DNA of 64,000 bases. It comes from Mobula hypostoma. Its lineage: Eukaryota. The position numbers and the translations under genes are program-made. This document shows positions 36,623 through 50,676 of the stretch, piece by piece (position 1 is the first letter of the stretch; each line of letters begins with the position of its first letter). The notes under the pieces were generated by a model, which saw only the letters and a program-made list of their open reading frames with translations, ran no database searches and was not told where the DNA came from. The stretch is taken from the NCBI RefSeq assembly GCF_963921235.1, contig NC_086097.1, forward strand, positions 24,430,001-24,494,000, given 5' to 3'.

Positions 36623-38249
36623 AATTTTAATGAGATTTCCCTTTATTCTTCTAAACTCCAGTGAGTGTATGCCGAGAGCTCTCAAATGCATCTTACTGAG
36701 TGATGGAATAGGTGGGTGAGACAAATGGCCCAAGGTTATTTTCAGCTGTTGCCATGTTGTGTGCACTTAATATGTTTAATTCATCATGCCATTCTTGTGC
36801 AATATTTAGCTGGTTATAAAAACATCAAAGATTAGAGATTATCTTTATTTGTCACAAATACAGTACATTGAAATATCAAAACGTTCTTTGCATCAATGAC
36901 CAATGGTCCAAGGTTGTGCTGGGAGCATGCTGCAGTTGTCACTATGCTTCCAGTGCAAACATAGCATGTTCACATCTCACTAACCCCAACCTGTACTACT
37001 TTGGAATATGGGAGGAAACCAGAGCACTCAGAGAAAATCTATGCGGTCATGAGGAGAACGTAAAAACTCCTTACAGCCAGCAGTGGGAATTGAACCCTGA
37101 TCTATTTTTCAGTTGGTTTTGTTAAGTGTTGCACTAACCTGAGGTGAGAGTCGGTATGCATAACATATAGGGCGCTGTTTCGTTGTTTCAATAGTAATCT
37201 TCAGAAAGGAACGGTCAAGTCAATTCAAGGCGAGGTGATGGTCATGTGCATAAGTACAGTGAGGTACAGGTACAATGGCAAAACTTGTAATAGTATCACA
37301 GACAACACACAGAACACAGACCAAACATAGAACAGTGAAGCACAGGAACAGGCCCTGTGGTCCATAATGTCTGCGTCAAACACAATGCCAAAGTAAACTG
37401 AATTTCTTCTGTCTACATGTTTTTCCAGTCTTTTGCATATCCAGGCATTACGAACAACCTCTTAATGCCACTATTATATATAAACATAAATCATACATAA
37501 TTACAGAAGATAGCGAAGAAAAGGACAGTAGAAAACAAGATATTACTTAAGAAGCACGGCTGTCACAAGTCCGTAGTAGTTCAAGAGGTGGTCTGTAATG
37601 TTCCATTGTTGAGATAGGATTGAGCTTGTGCAGGATGGTTCAAAAACCTGTTGGTTGTAGGAACGCAGCCACTCCTGAGCCTGGTAGTGTGGGACTTCAA
37701 GCTTCTGAACCTCCTGTCTGACAGTACCAGCAAGAAGAGGGCATGGTCGGACTTGTGGATCAACACGTGGCAAAGAACAGGTTGGCAGGGAATATAAGGA
37801 AGAGAATAAGAGGTTAGATGGGTTGTTCCTCAAAAATAACACCACCATGTATGACAGGCCAAATGGCCTCTTTTCCCATACTGTTCCACACACATAGCTC
37901 TCAGACACTACTGAGTCCATGAAGATTGAAAACCCTTTGATCAATGACTCCCACCTTCCTTTCGGTCCTTGACCTTTGAACCCTGCACTGGGTGGGGTCA
38001 TGATGTGGGCATTTCACACACCCACGATTTACCCAGGTGGCAGCTTGTTAGCTGTGGGTCAACTGATGACCTTAACAGAGTTTTGCCATGCAACTGTGGC
38101 TGATAAGGGGTGTGCAGCAGTTGTTTAGTGAGTGGATTTTTATAGTGTTTGGTAACGTATCTATCAAGGGTTTTGTTGGAAAAGTTCAAATGTGTTTGCA
38201 GGAAGAAATCAGCAGAGAGGGCTTACATTTCTATTAGTCTATCCAGATG

Positions 38250-38580
38250 AAATTATGTGGGGTTTAGATAGGGTAAATTCAAGCAGGATTTTTCCCATTG
38301 AGGTTGGTTGAGACTACAACTAGAGGTCATAGATTAAGGGTGAAAGGTGCACTATTTAGGGGGAACATAAGGGGAAACTTCTGCACAGAAGATGGTGAGA
38401 GTGTGGAATGAGTTGCCAGTGTAAGTGGTGGATGTGGATTTGATTTTAGAGAAGTTTGGATAAGTACATGAATGGGAGGTGTATGGAGGGTTATGGTCCA
38501 GATGGGACTAAACAGAATAATAGTTTGCATGGTCCAGATGGGCTGATGGGCCTGTTTCTGTGCTGTAATGCTCTGTGTCT
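38250..38580 (+). mobile_element. CR1 3' fragment
   Basis: ACTAGAGGTCATAG..GTGTGGAATGAGTTGCCAG and tail GGGCCTGTTTCTGTGCTGTA. Confidence 0.8.
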
Positions 38581-39689
38581 CTATCCTTTCAAAGATTCCT
38601 TAAAACATTTGACAGCCAATGAAGTACTTCTCTAGTAATCTAAAAAAAACATTGTGGGCAATCTGCACACAGTAAGCTCCTTAGGTACTTAGGTAGCAAC
38701 ACGATTATTGGTTTATTATTGTCATATGTACTGAGACAGAGTGAAAAAGATCGGTTTGCCTGCCATTCCAAACAGATCATTCCGTACATAAATACATCCT
38801 GGAAACACAAAAGGAAAACAACTGTAGCAGAATAACAAACAAAATTCTGGAGGAACTCAGCAAGCACTGCACCCTCAAAGCTACACGGGTGCTTGGCTAC
38901 ACAGTAGCTGAAATATTCCCGCACCATATCCTTTGTTGCCACACAGCTGGAATTTTCTTTTATATATTGCTAATATAGTTTTGAAATCTATGTTAATATA
39001 CTTGTGAAATACCGGGTAATTAATTATGTATTAATGAATATAATGCATAAATTTTCTTTTAATAAATGAGCCACAGCCTTTATTTTGAAACGTTTTAAAG
39101 CTTCAATATATTTACATTGTCAGTGTTTCAAGCTACAACACTATTACAAATTGTAACAATAAACACAGAATGGAGGTTGGTAGCTCATTGCTAATAAGCT
39201 GCTGGCCTGCTGAATGCCAATACCATCTAAGTTTAAAAGTTTATGAAATGTGAAAGATTTTGTTTAGTTTACTGTATTTCATTATACCCTTCAAATAATA
39301 AATAAAATCAAAAGTAGGTGATTTTTTAATTTTCATTCTAAATATTAATAATATGCTTATTACAAAAAAAAATATTTAAAATGCCACACAGTTTTCAGGC
39401 CATGTAAAATACCCTGCTCAGATCAGTGACTCATCCACACAGCTTTAAAAGTAAATAGAAGGAACATTGTCAGCAAGTCAGGCAGCATCTATGGAGGGGA
39501 ACAAGCTTTTAATGCTTGCACCTCTCCCTGATCATTTCTGAAGTCAACCAGCTTGTTCAGCTTCCGTAAGACCAGTTAATTTTGATCATACAGATAGACA
39601 AATGAAGTGTAAGGGCCATGTCAAAGTTAAGGTAGATTGAGAGATCAAGCGTTTTTCTTTCTTGTTCAAGAGTCTTTATAAAGTGCAGT

Positions 39690-40040
39690 GACTCCCCATC
39701 ACCTCCGTCTGGCTCCCCTCCTTCTTCCCTTTCTCCAATAGTCCATTCTCCTCTCCTATCTGATTCCTTCTTCTTCAGCCCTTTACCCCTTCTGCCTATC
39801 TATTCCAACTTCTCACTTCATTCTGCCCTTCCCCACCCAGCCACCTTCCCCCGGTCTCACCCATCACCAGGAAGCTTGTACTCCCCACCCCCCACCCCCC
39901 ACCCCCCACCACCTTATTCTGGCTTCTGCCCTGTCCCTTTCCTGTCCCAATGAAGGGTCTCAGCCTTGAACATCGACTGTCTAATCCCCTTTGTAGATGC
40001 TGCCTGACCTAATGAGTTCCTCCAGCATTTTGTGTGTGTT
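39690..40040 (+). mobile_element. Penelope-like 3' tail, hammerhead decayed
   Basis: Pyrimidine-rich UTR, then GTCCCAATGAAGGGTCTCAGCCTTGAACATCGAC and GATGCTGCCTGACC. Confidence 0.75.
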
Positions 40041-40881
40041 AGGAGTAATAGTGTTTTTAGAATAAGAGGTGTTAGAACTGATAACTATGAAGCTCAGGAC
40101 AAGGGACATCTTTATTTGTTGGGTTCAGTAAATATACAGTCCAGGAATATATGCAACTGGTTTGGGCCTATTTATGTAGCACACAACCTTGGAGCATATC
40201 CTTCCATTCCTCTGCCACCCATCAGCTTCCCAAGAAGTACATCTATGGCATTCCTTTTAGTAGTGAGTTCTACGTCTTAGAATCACAGAGTCAAGCAGCA
40301 TGGAAGCTAACCCTTTGGACCAACTGGCCTTTCCAACCACAGTATCACAGAATCCTGCCAGTCCCAGATGCCCACATTACCCTCGAAGAACTTCACCTCC
40401 TTGGACTTTTTAAAATGCCTCTTAAATGTTACAATTGTACCTGCCTCAACCACCTTCGTCTGATAGTTCACTCCAGGTATTCACTGTCCTCTGTGTAAAG
40501 AGGTTACCTCTCAGATCTCTCTTGAATCTCTTCCCTCTTGTATCTGTGCCCTTCAGGTTTGGACTGTGGAAAAGTATACGGCCATTCACCCTATCCATAC
40601 CCTTCAGATTTTATAAAGTTCCATGACATTTCTGCTCATTCTTCTCGAGGAATAAAGATCTAGTGCAGACAACTGCAGCCTATAATTCAGGCCTTCCAGT
40701 CTAGGTAGCATCTTCGCAAATCACTTCTCCCTCTGCAGCCTTCCTGTGACTTTCCTATAACAGATTGATGAAAACTACACAATATACCCTGCCACCTCAC
40801 CAGCAACTTGTATAACTATTCCTCAAGCTGATGCCCTACTCCCCCCACTGTTGGGTAAAGAAGCTATTCCTGAATCCCCTG

Positions 40882-41075
40882 ACACAAGAGATTTTGCAGA
40901 TGCTGGCCATCTTGAGCAACACACACAAAATGCTGGAGGTATCCAGCAGGTTGGCAGCATCAGTGGAGAAAAATGAACAGTCCTTATGAAAGATCTCGAC
41001 TGAAACATCAATCATTTATTTCCCTCCACAGATGCTGCCTGACTGGTTGAGTTCTTACAGCATGTTGTGTGAGTT
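40882..41075. mobile_element. Palindromic mini-Penelope insertion
   Basis: Inverted tail copies around a degenerate hammerhead at ~40978-41012. Confidence 0.75.
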
Positions 41076-42046
41076 ACTCCTGAATCTTCTAGTGATTGCT
41101 GCTAGTTAGTTCTGCCCAACATGTAAAGCCATTTCTACAAACCCCTTGCCATCCGTATCTCGAAGACCATTGTCAATTGGCCTGATGAAAGGGAGAGTGG
41201 CAAATTAAGTTGAAACTATTGTTTCTGTTGAAGTTTTAAACATGTTTTGTTCCACCGGAATCAGGAGGGGAGGAGTGAAGGTGGGGAGTCAAATCTGAAA
41301 GTTTTTCACGAGAATCGTCACAAGCCCACATTTGCTGTCCATTCTTAATTGCTACTGACCAGACACAGCTTAGCCTGACCACATTAGTGTGCCTGGAGTC
41401 GCATGTAGCCCAGACTGGGTTAAAATGATAGACTTACCTCCCTCAGGGGCTTTGGTGAAACAATAATCCCATAGTTTAGTGATCACTGTAAACAAAGTTG
41501 ATTACATTCTACCTCTATTTAATTGATGCAACTTCAATTCCCTCCCTTCCGTGGTGGGGTTCGAATTCAGGTCTGTGGATCAATTCTCCTGCCCTCTGGA
41601 TACAAATCCAGTAACTTAATCACCAGATGTAACTCCTAATTAATGCTTCAGACAAGCCAGGCTAATTGATAAAATCCAAAACAGTAGTTAACACAAAGTG
41701 TCAGTTGGCAGCTATTGTATTGAATTAACTTTCAACATTCTTTGCTATCAGGATTGCCTATGTTTGGTGACTGTGAATAAGCTCGTCAATCCAATGTGTT
41801 TATTAAGAGTTTTGTTTGTCTACTGCTTAGCTAAAATGGATCTACATTGGTTCACATGATTGTTGAAAGGATCGGGTCTAGCCTCACAGTACAGTGATTG
41901 ACTCTTGCATCTGGGACTTCTGAAGGTGAGGGGAAGCTTTGTTAATTGGCTGGAGTCAAATCAGCAGGAACTCCCAAAAGGAAATTGGCCACAAGGGGAG
42001 GCCTGATGGCATATCTAGGCATCGGAGGCCTGATGCCTGTGGATCA

Positions 42047-42185
42047 TAGGCCCGATATCTGCGAGACTGCAAGTTGTAGGCTCAATATCTGCAAGTGTGA
42101 AGTCATGAGCTCGATGTCAATGAGTCTGCAAGATGTAGGCCCAATGTCTGCAAGTCTGAGAGTTGTAGGCCCGATGTCTGCAAGA
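42047..42185. repeat. Degenerate ~30-bp tandem repeat, ~4.5 units
   Basis: TAGGCCCGATATCTGCGAGACTGCAAGTTG-like units. Confidence 0.7.
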
Positions 42186-42589
42186 ACAGGCCAGTGACTG
42201 GTGTTTGGAGGCCTGTGTTAGGGTTTGAGGACTACTTCTTTGTGTGCATACGAGGACTTGCTATGCAGCTGCAGTTCTGTTTTGCCTGCAGTTGTGTTAT
42301 AATTGTTATATGTGTTGTTCTGCTGAACATTGTGAGCATCCTATTTTGGCAGCGGAATGTGTTGTGGTATTTGCAGGCTGCCTCCAGCTCTTCCCAAGGT
42401 TGTGTTGGTTGTTAATGCAAACAAAGGATTTTGCAGTATGTTCCAATGTACCTGTGATAGGTAAATGAATCTGAATCTCACACACGTTAGAAGACCATAA
42501 GACCATCAAACATACTATAGGACAGGGTTTCCCAACCGTAAGTCCATGGACCCCTCGGTTAATGGTGGGGGTCCATGGCATAATGACCT

Positions 42590-43350
42590 CACTCTGCTTC
42601 AAATACACTCCTCTCCGCTCCCATCGTGCATCTCTGGAATGTTGGACAAAATGTAGGAGCCACCTTCAGGCACATCTCTTGAAGGTGTCCTCACTGGTGG
42701 GGAAGGATATGCCTGACACACAACTGGCTGGGCCTACAACTCTCTGAACCCTCTGTTGATCCTGTGCATTGGAGCTTCCATAACGGATGCTGCTGCAACC
42801 AGACCAAAGCCTGAGCCTGTTCAAGGTACATCTGTAGAAATTTGTTGGAGTCTTTGGTGATACTCCAACTGCCCTCAAGCCCCTAATGAAGTATAGTCAC
42901 TAGCTCGCCTTCTTTATGATGTGTCAATATTTTGAGCCCAAGATAGATACTCTTAAGACAGGGGTTCCCAATCTTCTGTATGCCATGGACCCCTGCCATT
43001 AACTGAGGGGTGCATGGACCCCAGCTTCAGAGACCTTACTCTAAGATGTTCATAAAGAGTATCTTTAAATTTCTCACCCTTTCTACCACTGACCCCTTAA
43101 TGAGTAGCTGTGTGTGCGTGTGTGTGTGTCTCCCGAATTCCCCTTCATGAAGTCCACAATGAATTCCTTGGTCTTACTGGTGTGAGATTGTTGTTGGGAC
43201 ATCACTCAAGTTGGTCTGTCTCACTCCTGTATGTCTCCTCATCACCCACTGAGATTCTGACAACAGTTGATGTCATCAGCGGATATACAGATGCCATTTC
43301 AGCTGCGGCAAGCCACACAGGCATGAGTTTAGAGAGAGCAGAGCAGAAAG
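42590..43350 (-). mobile_element. Rex/Babar-type LINE RT C-terminal fragment with a nested MITE
   Basis: ISVGDEETYRSE (after the YADD region) and LQRVV..SCVSGISFP-type motifs. Confidence 0.7.
42959..43038 (+). mobile_element. 80-bp hAT (Charlie-like) MITE
   Basis: Starts CAGGGGTTCCCAA, with TSD TCTTAAGA/CTCTAAGA. A partial inverted copy lies at 42523-42582. Confidence 0.8.
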
Positions 43351-43636
43351 TCCGATCACAAAGTCTTGGTCTGAAACGCAGACTATCCCTTTGCCTCCTC
43401 AGATGTGGCCGGACCCACTGAGTTCCACTGGCTGTTTCTTTGTTGCATGCAAGTAAGTTTATTGAGCTGGTATTGAAGAAAATTAGTCCCCGCAAAAACT
43501 GTAAAACAAACAATCATCCTTCTGTTAATGGTGGCCACACAATAGTTAAATGTTTCAAATATTCCCCCAACAGCCAGAGCAGAGATTATAAATAAAGCAC
43601 TGTTGTATTTCACCCGATAAAATAGCTAACAGGCCT

Positions 43637-43650
43637 GTAACCATGGCAAC
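43637..43650. promoter_or_regulatory. Candidate RFX X-box
   Basis: GTAACCATGGCAAC is a near-ideal X-box in a TE-free block. Confidence 0.45.
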
Positions 43651-46550
43651 AGCTCTAAAGAGTCAGCTGCATTCGATGGCCAGCAAGACAGATAATCAAC
43701 CATCTTCTGCAATCCTTACACATAAATTTTAGAGAAATCCATAAAATAGAGACTCATTTCTACTTAATGGAAAAATATTATTACGGATTGTCCAATCCTT
43801 ACCCCGGCACTCTGAAGGAAGTATTGACTTATGTTGACAGGCCCATTTTGCTGAATTAATTTCAGACAGTTTCTCATGCTTCTCTGCTTAGCTCAGGTCA
43901 GTTCAAGCTGCTTCATTAACCTACCAGAGGGTTACATCTGTCTCAGTGGGCAGAGATCTAATGAGAGAGGTACGCGGGAGGCAGAAGGCTTCAGGGCACT
44001 TAGCTCCCCTACAATACTCAGAAAGGGGGCACCCATTATTAAGGACCCCCACCACTCAGGACATGCCCTCTTCTCATTGTTACTACCATCAGGGAGGAGG
44101 TACAGAAATTGTAGTTTTTCTTTCCACTGGGACTAATTGCAACTGTGGTTCTGAATTATTGGTAAGAATTAAGTTCCACGGCTGTTGTGGTGGGATTTGA
44201 TTTCGGATCTCTGAATTCTTGATCCAGGCCGCTAGATTATCTGTACAGTAACTTAACCAAGTACGAATTTTTTGTCATTCATCCGCACACATGTATACAG
44301 CTAATTGAAATAATGTTCCTCAGGGGCCAAATACAGTACACATATCACATACAGCACATAAAATAATATTAACATAACACTATTAACAGATAATAAAAAA
44401 GTAAAATATTCTGTAAACATAAAGTTGACATAAAGTGCATATATGGCATATAGTTAAATATACAACAGCGTAATGCTACTGTGCTGTCATAAATAATGTG
44501 TACTGGGTGGTAGCAGAATATTCACAAATCTTGCAGCCTGGGGGAAGAAGCTAACTTACTCAGCCTAACAGTCCTTGTTCTTATTCAGCAGGAAGTGGAA
44601 GAGATTGTGGGACAGATGAAAGGGGTTCTTGACAATGCTGAGGGCCCTGCAAATGTGTCCTGGGTGGTAGCAGGGTGTTCAGAAGTCTCACTGCCTCGGG
44701 GAAGAAATCGTTACACAGCCTTGTTCTTCTGCTGTGGTACCTTCTGCCTGATGGTAGGAGATACCACGGTATAACCACTGCACCCTGCCATGACTCCCTC
44801 TCAGTCCCAAGGCTCAGCATGACTTCCTTAGCTCTCGTCTGTCCACCGGGGGAAGCAGTGCTCCGGCATCTGCCCTGCTGATTCGTTGTCATTCATGGCA
44901 TAACAAAGTAATGAATGCAGGAATGTCAAATGAAGCTGGGACATCCAGAGTGGAAGATAGGGCCCTAGAGATGCTGAGTGGACTGCAGAACCTTGGTGTT
45001 CATGCTCAAAGACCCTAAATGTGTCAAACTGGTAGACAGGGTGATAAAGATGGCAAATGGAATCCCAACCTTCATTAGCTGAGGCTAGAATAAAAGCAGG
45101 AAAGCTCTGACTTAGCTTCAAAACACATTGGTGAGGACACGTCAGGAATACTGTCCACACTTTTCTCTGCACAGGGTTCAGAGGAGATTCACCAGCACGT
45201 TACTTGTGATACAGCGTGTCAGTTGCAAAGAAAGAAAGAAAGAATGTTTTGGGGCAACACAGAAGTGTAGAGGTTCGTTCAATGCTATGACAGCACCAGC
45301 AACCCAAATTCAACTCTGCTGCTGCCTGTAAGCAGTTTGTATGTTCTCCCAATGACTTCAGATGCTCTGGTTTCCTCCCACACTCCAGCCATATATGGGC
45401 TAGTAGTATAATTGGTCACATGGGTGTAATTGGGCAATGCAAGCTCGTTGGACCAAAAGGGCCCTGTTACTATGCTGCATCTCTAAATAAAATCAAATAT
45501 AACATTCAAACACAACAAAAAAAACTCTTAAGAGCATTTAAATAAACAAAACTGTTGAATAAAATTTAAATTGATCACGACTTGTCTTCATCCATAAATA
45601 TTTCCGTAGCTGTTAGTCACTGCTCCTGGCCAGTGCAAGTAAATCAAGTAGCAACACAAATCCTGGCCAACTGCTGCACCGTGGTGCTTGGTCACAGGAA
45701 TGCACCAGGGCTCCAATGTCAGGGCTGTCTGGAAAGCAGCTATCAGGAGCTCCACCTTTGTGCCCCTGGCAACAGACATCACAATAAACCAACAAGCTAT
45801 CCTCTCATTTTTCCAAATTATATTGAATACAACCCTTAATCTCCCCATGTAGGACATCTTCCCTCCCCTAAAAAAGAACAAACTGATGAACCTTAGTCCT
45901 ACCTTCTCTGCGACAGGTATATCTTTCCATAAGCATTGAGTCCAAATACTGCACAAGGTATGGTCTCACCAAGCACTACACATGACTTCCTTTCCCTTCT
46001 ATTTCAATCTCTGTGCACAGTGATTCACAAAATGCTGACTGTGCCTGCAGGTTAGATCACTGAAAGACTGCCCTGTGCATTCCAAGTCCTATATTTCTTC
46101 TACAAGAGTGCTCCTTCCTAATGAGGAGGATTTGCTTACGGCTAGGCATAAATATCTCTCTGTAGTGTTCTCAGCCCTCTAATATAGTCCTGGAGTCTCA
46201 TGAGATTAGAGACATCAGAAAAAAGAGTAAGAGTCGGCCATCTGGCCCATTGAGCCGGCTCCGCCATTCAATAAGATCATGACTGATCTAGCTGTGGACT
46301 CTGCTCTACCTCCCTGCTTTTAACCCATAACCCTTAAATCAGCTGCTATGCAAAAATCTATGCAAATATGTCTTAAATCTTTTTAATTAGGTAGCCTCTA
46401 TTGCTCCCTTGGGCAAAGAATTCCGTAAATTCGCTACTCTCTGGGGAAAAAACATCTTCTCTTCATTAAGTGTTACACAGCATAAAAACATGGAAAGTTT
46501 ACTTTGAGCAGTAACTGCATTGCTCCCACAAAACAATAAATTTCACAACA

Positions 46551-46769
46551 CAAAATGCTGAAGGAACTCAGGAAGTCAGGCTGCATCGATGGAAAAGAGT
46601 AAACAGTCAATGTTTCGGGCCAGGACCCTTCATCGGGACTGGCGAAGGGCCTTGGCATGAAATGTCGACTGTTTACTCTTTTCCATAATGCTGCCTGCTT
46701 TGCTGAGTTCTTCCAACATTTTGTGTGTGTTGCTTTGATTTCCAGCATCTGCAAATTTTTTCTTGTTCG
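46551..46769. mobile_element. Palindromic mini-Penelope insertion with 13-bp TSD
   Basis: ~85-bp imperfect inverted arms. AAATTTCACAACA occurs at 46538-46550 and 46770-46782. Confidence 0.85.
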
Positions 46770-49700
46770 AAATTTCACAACATATGTCAATGACAATAAA
46801 CCTCATTCTGATTTGAGATTGTAAACAAGGATGAGAATTTTTAAATTAATGTGTGCTTTACCAGATCTCAATGATAATCTACCTGTGAAGTGCCTTGGGA
46901 GATTTAGCAGTATTAACATTGCCTTATAATTACCAGTTGCTACTACAATATTTATGCTTGACGTGATTCCCGTCCTGAGATTCTCTCAGTGCCCCAGAGG
47001 ATAATCTTCAAATCCTGGAAAGTAGACAAACCCAAATGGAGAAGAAAGGAAGAATGTGCAGAGCCTCTCTCTCTCGAGCAACGTCACTAAAACCGATTAT
47101 CAGGTCATTACTACATTGCTGTTTGAGGAGTCTGACTGTGCAGAAATTAATTGCCGTACTTCCTATACTCATACACTTCAAAAATTGCTTCATTGGTGGT
47201 AAAGTGCTTTTACGCTCCCTGAAATTGAGCTGACAGTCCTTGCAGAACTACAAATCTTTATGTTTTTAAAAAATAAATGCTGGAAATACACGACAGGTCT
47301 GGCCACGTCTGTGGGACAAGAAACAGAGTTAATGTTTCTTTAATGAATGGCTAAGATTTTGTATTAAAAATGGAAATTAATTAGAGATTTGTACATCTAC
47401 ATGTACATCGAAGCATACAGTGAAATACATCATTTTGAGGTGAGACTACCTGCTCAGTGGCTGTTATTCAGTGAGGACAAAAGTACAAGGACAAAAGAAA
47501 TGAACACAAAGAAATCCAGATCGACAAACACAAAATGCTGGAGGAACTCAGCAGGTCTGGCAGCATCTATGGAGGGGAATAAAGAGTTGACATTGCAGAC
47601 CGAGACCCTTCATCAGCACTGGGGTAGTGGGGAGGTGGAGAAGCCAAATTAAGAGGGTGGGGAAAGTGGAAGGAGTACAAAATATAGAGAAGGGTAACAT
47701 CCCATTTGGTCAATCTGAGCACATCCTTCACTGACAGAGGAGAAAAAAAGCAGGAAGAAGACAAACAGTATGAGCCAATATCACAGACAGACAGAAATTA
47801 TCTTAAACCGTAAAACCATAGGACTAGATTTATGCCATTTGGCCCACAGATTCCATCATGGCTGCTTTATTATCCTGCGCAACTTTATTTTCCTGCTTTC
47901 TGCCCATAACGTTTGGCACCCTGACTAATCACGAGTCTATCAACCTTTGCTTTAAATATACCCAGTGACTTGGCCTCGGCAGCCATCTGTGGTAATGAAT
48001 TCCACAGATTCTCCACCCCCGGTTAGAGAAATTCCTCCCCATCTCTGCTCAAAAGAGACATCCTTGTATTCTGAGGCTGTATCCTCTGGTCCTAATTTGA
48101 AGTTGTAGATGCAATAGTGTGTTTTAAGAGGCTAGAATATGCCCAGACTGAAGGTGCGGTGCTGTTCCTCCATCCCTTTGTAACAGTGCAGGGGACCACA
48201 GGTTGATAGGTCAGGGTGGGATTAGAAAAGAGTATTAAAGGGCAAGAAACAGGAAACCCAGGATCACCCTGCAGACAGAATACAGAAGATATGCAAAATG
48301 GTCATCTAATCTGTGAATGTTTTCCCCAGTGAATTGTAAGTGCAAATCAATCTGTGGTTTCACTTTATAACTAAAGAGACCTGCAGCCAGGAGAGTCTGA
48401 GCCATAGGTGGGTGATATAGATGCAAAAAAATGAAAGAAATGGAAGATAAATTGTTCACAAAGTAAGTTTAATGAAACAAGCCAGTCACAGGAAAAGTGA
48501 CTTTGACTGCAGCCTCATAAACTCTTGACAACCTAAGGACAATACATAATGTGAGGCTGTATTCCCTTTATAACATCAGTGCTGCAAAACTATCACTACA
48601 AATCTCCTAGTATGCTTCTCCAAGTGCTTGCCATCTCAATAGAGATTTAGTTTTGATACAATGGCTTTTGGGCTTATTTATCATTGATCGCGCTTCCAAT
48701 TAAGGCACCAATCTCTCCATGGTTCCTTTCCCAAATGAGAAGTGGAAGCATTGAGCCAGGATCTACAGTATAGGACACCAACGAGGTTGAAAGCTGGAGA
48801 TCACTTAGAGGTGACACGTCTTTTGTATTCAAACACGTCCATGTGTAAAGATACCGAGTTAAGCAGTGGGATGTTTAGAGTGTTGCTTGGTAATGTTCAG
48901 ATTAAATGGAAAAGTAGACCTTTTGGTCTATCAATTCTATGCTCTCTCTCCAGTGTCTGCGACCCTTATTCTGCACTCTATTTCCCCTCAAGTGCTGATC
49001 CAGATTTCTGTTGAAGTTGCTGATTCCTCTGCCTTTATGGTTGTATGTTTAAAAGAGTTACCCTGCATTTATAATATCGAGTTATCCCAACACCCTGGTT
49101 CTGTAGCTCCCATTGACTGGCAAGCCGTTACCACAGGCATAATGACCCTCTCAATGTAGACAACTGAGTTGCACATTACTCTTAGCCCCTCACACCAGAT
49201 TCTTGCTGTACAGCGTCCTTGTTCAGGTCAAGCTTCACAAGCAGAGATTGTTAAGAAGATAGGGCACATGAGTCACTAAGGGTCACTAAGGGACAGCATG
49301 GTAGTATCAGTTAGCCAGTCGCTTTACAGTGGCAGCAATCACCAATGGGATTCTATTCCCATCATGTCTTTCAGGAGTTTGTACATTCTCCCCATGACTG
49401 CAAGGATTTCCTCCGGGTGCTCCATTTTCCTCTCACATGGCAAAAACGTACGGGTTAGGACTAGTAAGTTGTGGCGTTGCACTGTTGATGCTGACAGCAC
49501 AATCATTGACGCAAAACGTGCATTTCACTGTGTGTTTCCATATACATTGACAAATAAAGCTAATCTTTAACTTTATCTTTGATGGTGGTACTGAGAGAGA
49601 TGGCCAAAAGCTTATCCAAAGAGGGGCAGCTTGAGGACGAGAGGAAAGATGAGGTGGTGTAGGGAGGGAGTTCCAGAGCTGGAGGCTCTAAAGGCATGGA

Positions 49701-50676
49701 GGAACAGAGCGATCAACTTCAAATATATTCAGGAGACCAGAAATCTTGGAGATGGGAATGGGTCAACGAATTTTTAGCAAGGACCTTAAAATGCAGGCTT
49801 GTCCTGTCAAAAGAGTTGAAGGAGTTTTGGGAGTTGAGTGGTCTACTCCCGCTCCTGTTTTCTTGTGTTCCTCTCTGTGAAGCAAACAGAACTATAGAGT
49901 TAAGCATCATGGGAAAAAGCCGTTCTACCCAGCCTATCCATACTGTCCAAGGTGTCAACCTGAGCTGGTCCCATTTGCCTGCACTTGGTCCGTATTCCTA
50001 TAATCCTGCCCTTCTTATGTAGCTGTCTAGATGCCTTGTAAATGGTGTAAATGTACCACCACAGATTCCTCTGGAAGCTCGTTCTATATGGCCACCACCA
50101 TCTGTGTGATAAAGTTCTCGTTCAGGCCTACCAGACACTGAGAGGCCTGAACAGAGAGAGGATGTTTAGGATGTTTTAATTAGCAGGAGATTCTAGGATT
50201 TGTCGGCACAGCCTCATAATAAAAGGATGTCCCTTTAGAACTGCGATGAGGAGGAATTTGTTCAACCAGAGGGTTGTGAGTCTGTGGAATCCTCTGAGAC
50301 ACACCGGCGTGGAGGCCAATTCATATGTCATTGGGTGCACTTAAGGCAGAGATTGATAGTTTCTTGATTAAGCGGGTAAACAGTTGCAGGGGGAAGGCAG
50401 GAAAATGAGATAGATTTTAAAAAATCAGCCATGATTGAATTGTGCAACAGATTTGATGGACTAATTTTGCTCTTATATCTTATGATCCCTTTTAAGTTGT
50501 CCTGAGAAGTATCGGATTGATTGTGGGAATATGGCAAGTGGGCACGCAGCCGATTGATCGCGGTGAATCGACTGGCCTCCCACTAAAGAGAGCTTTTAAA
50601 GCGTGCATGTTTCATTTCAACGGGCCCAGCTTATCGCTCCCATACTGCAAGTTGCCTAGTGTATACCATTACTCAC

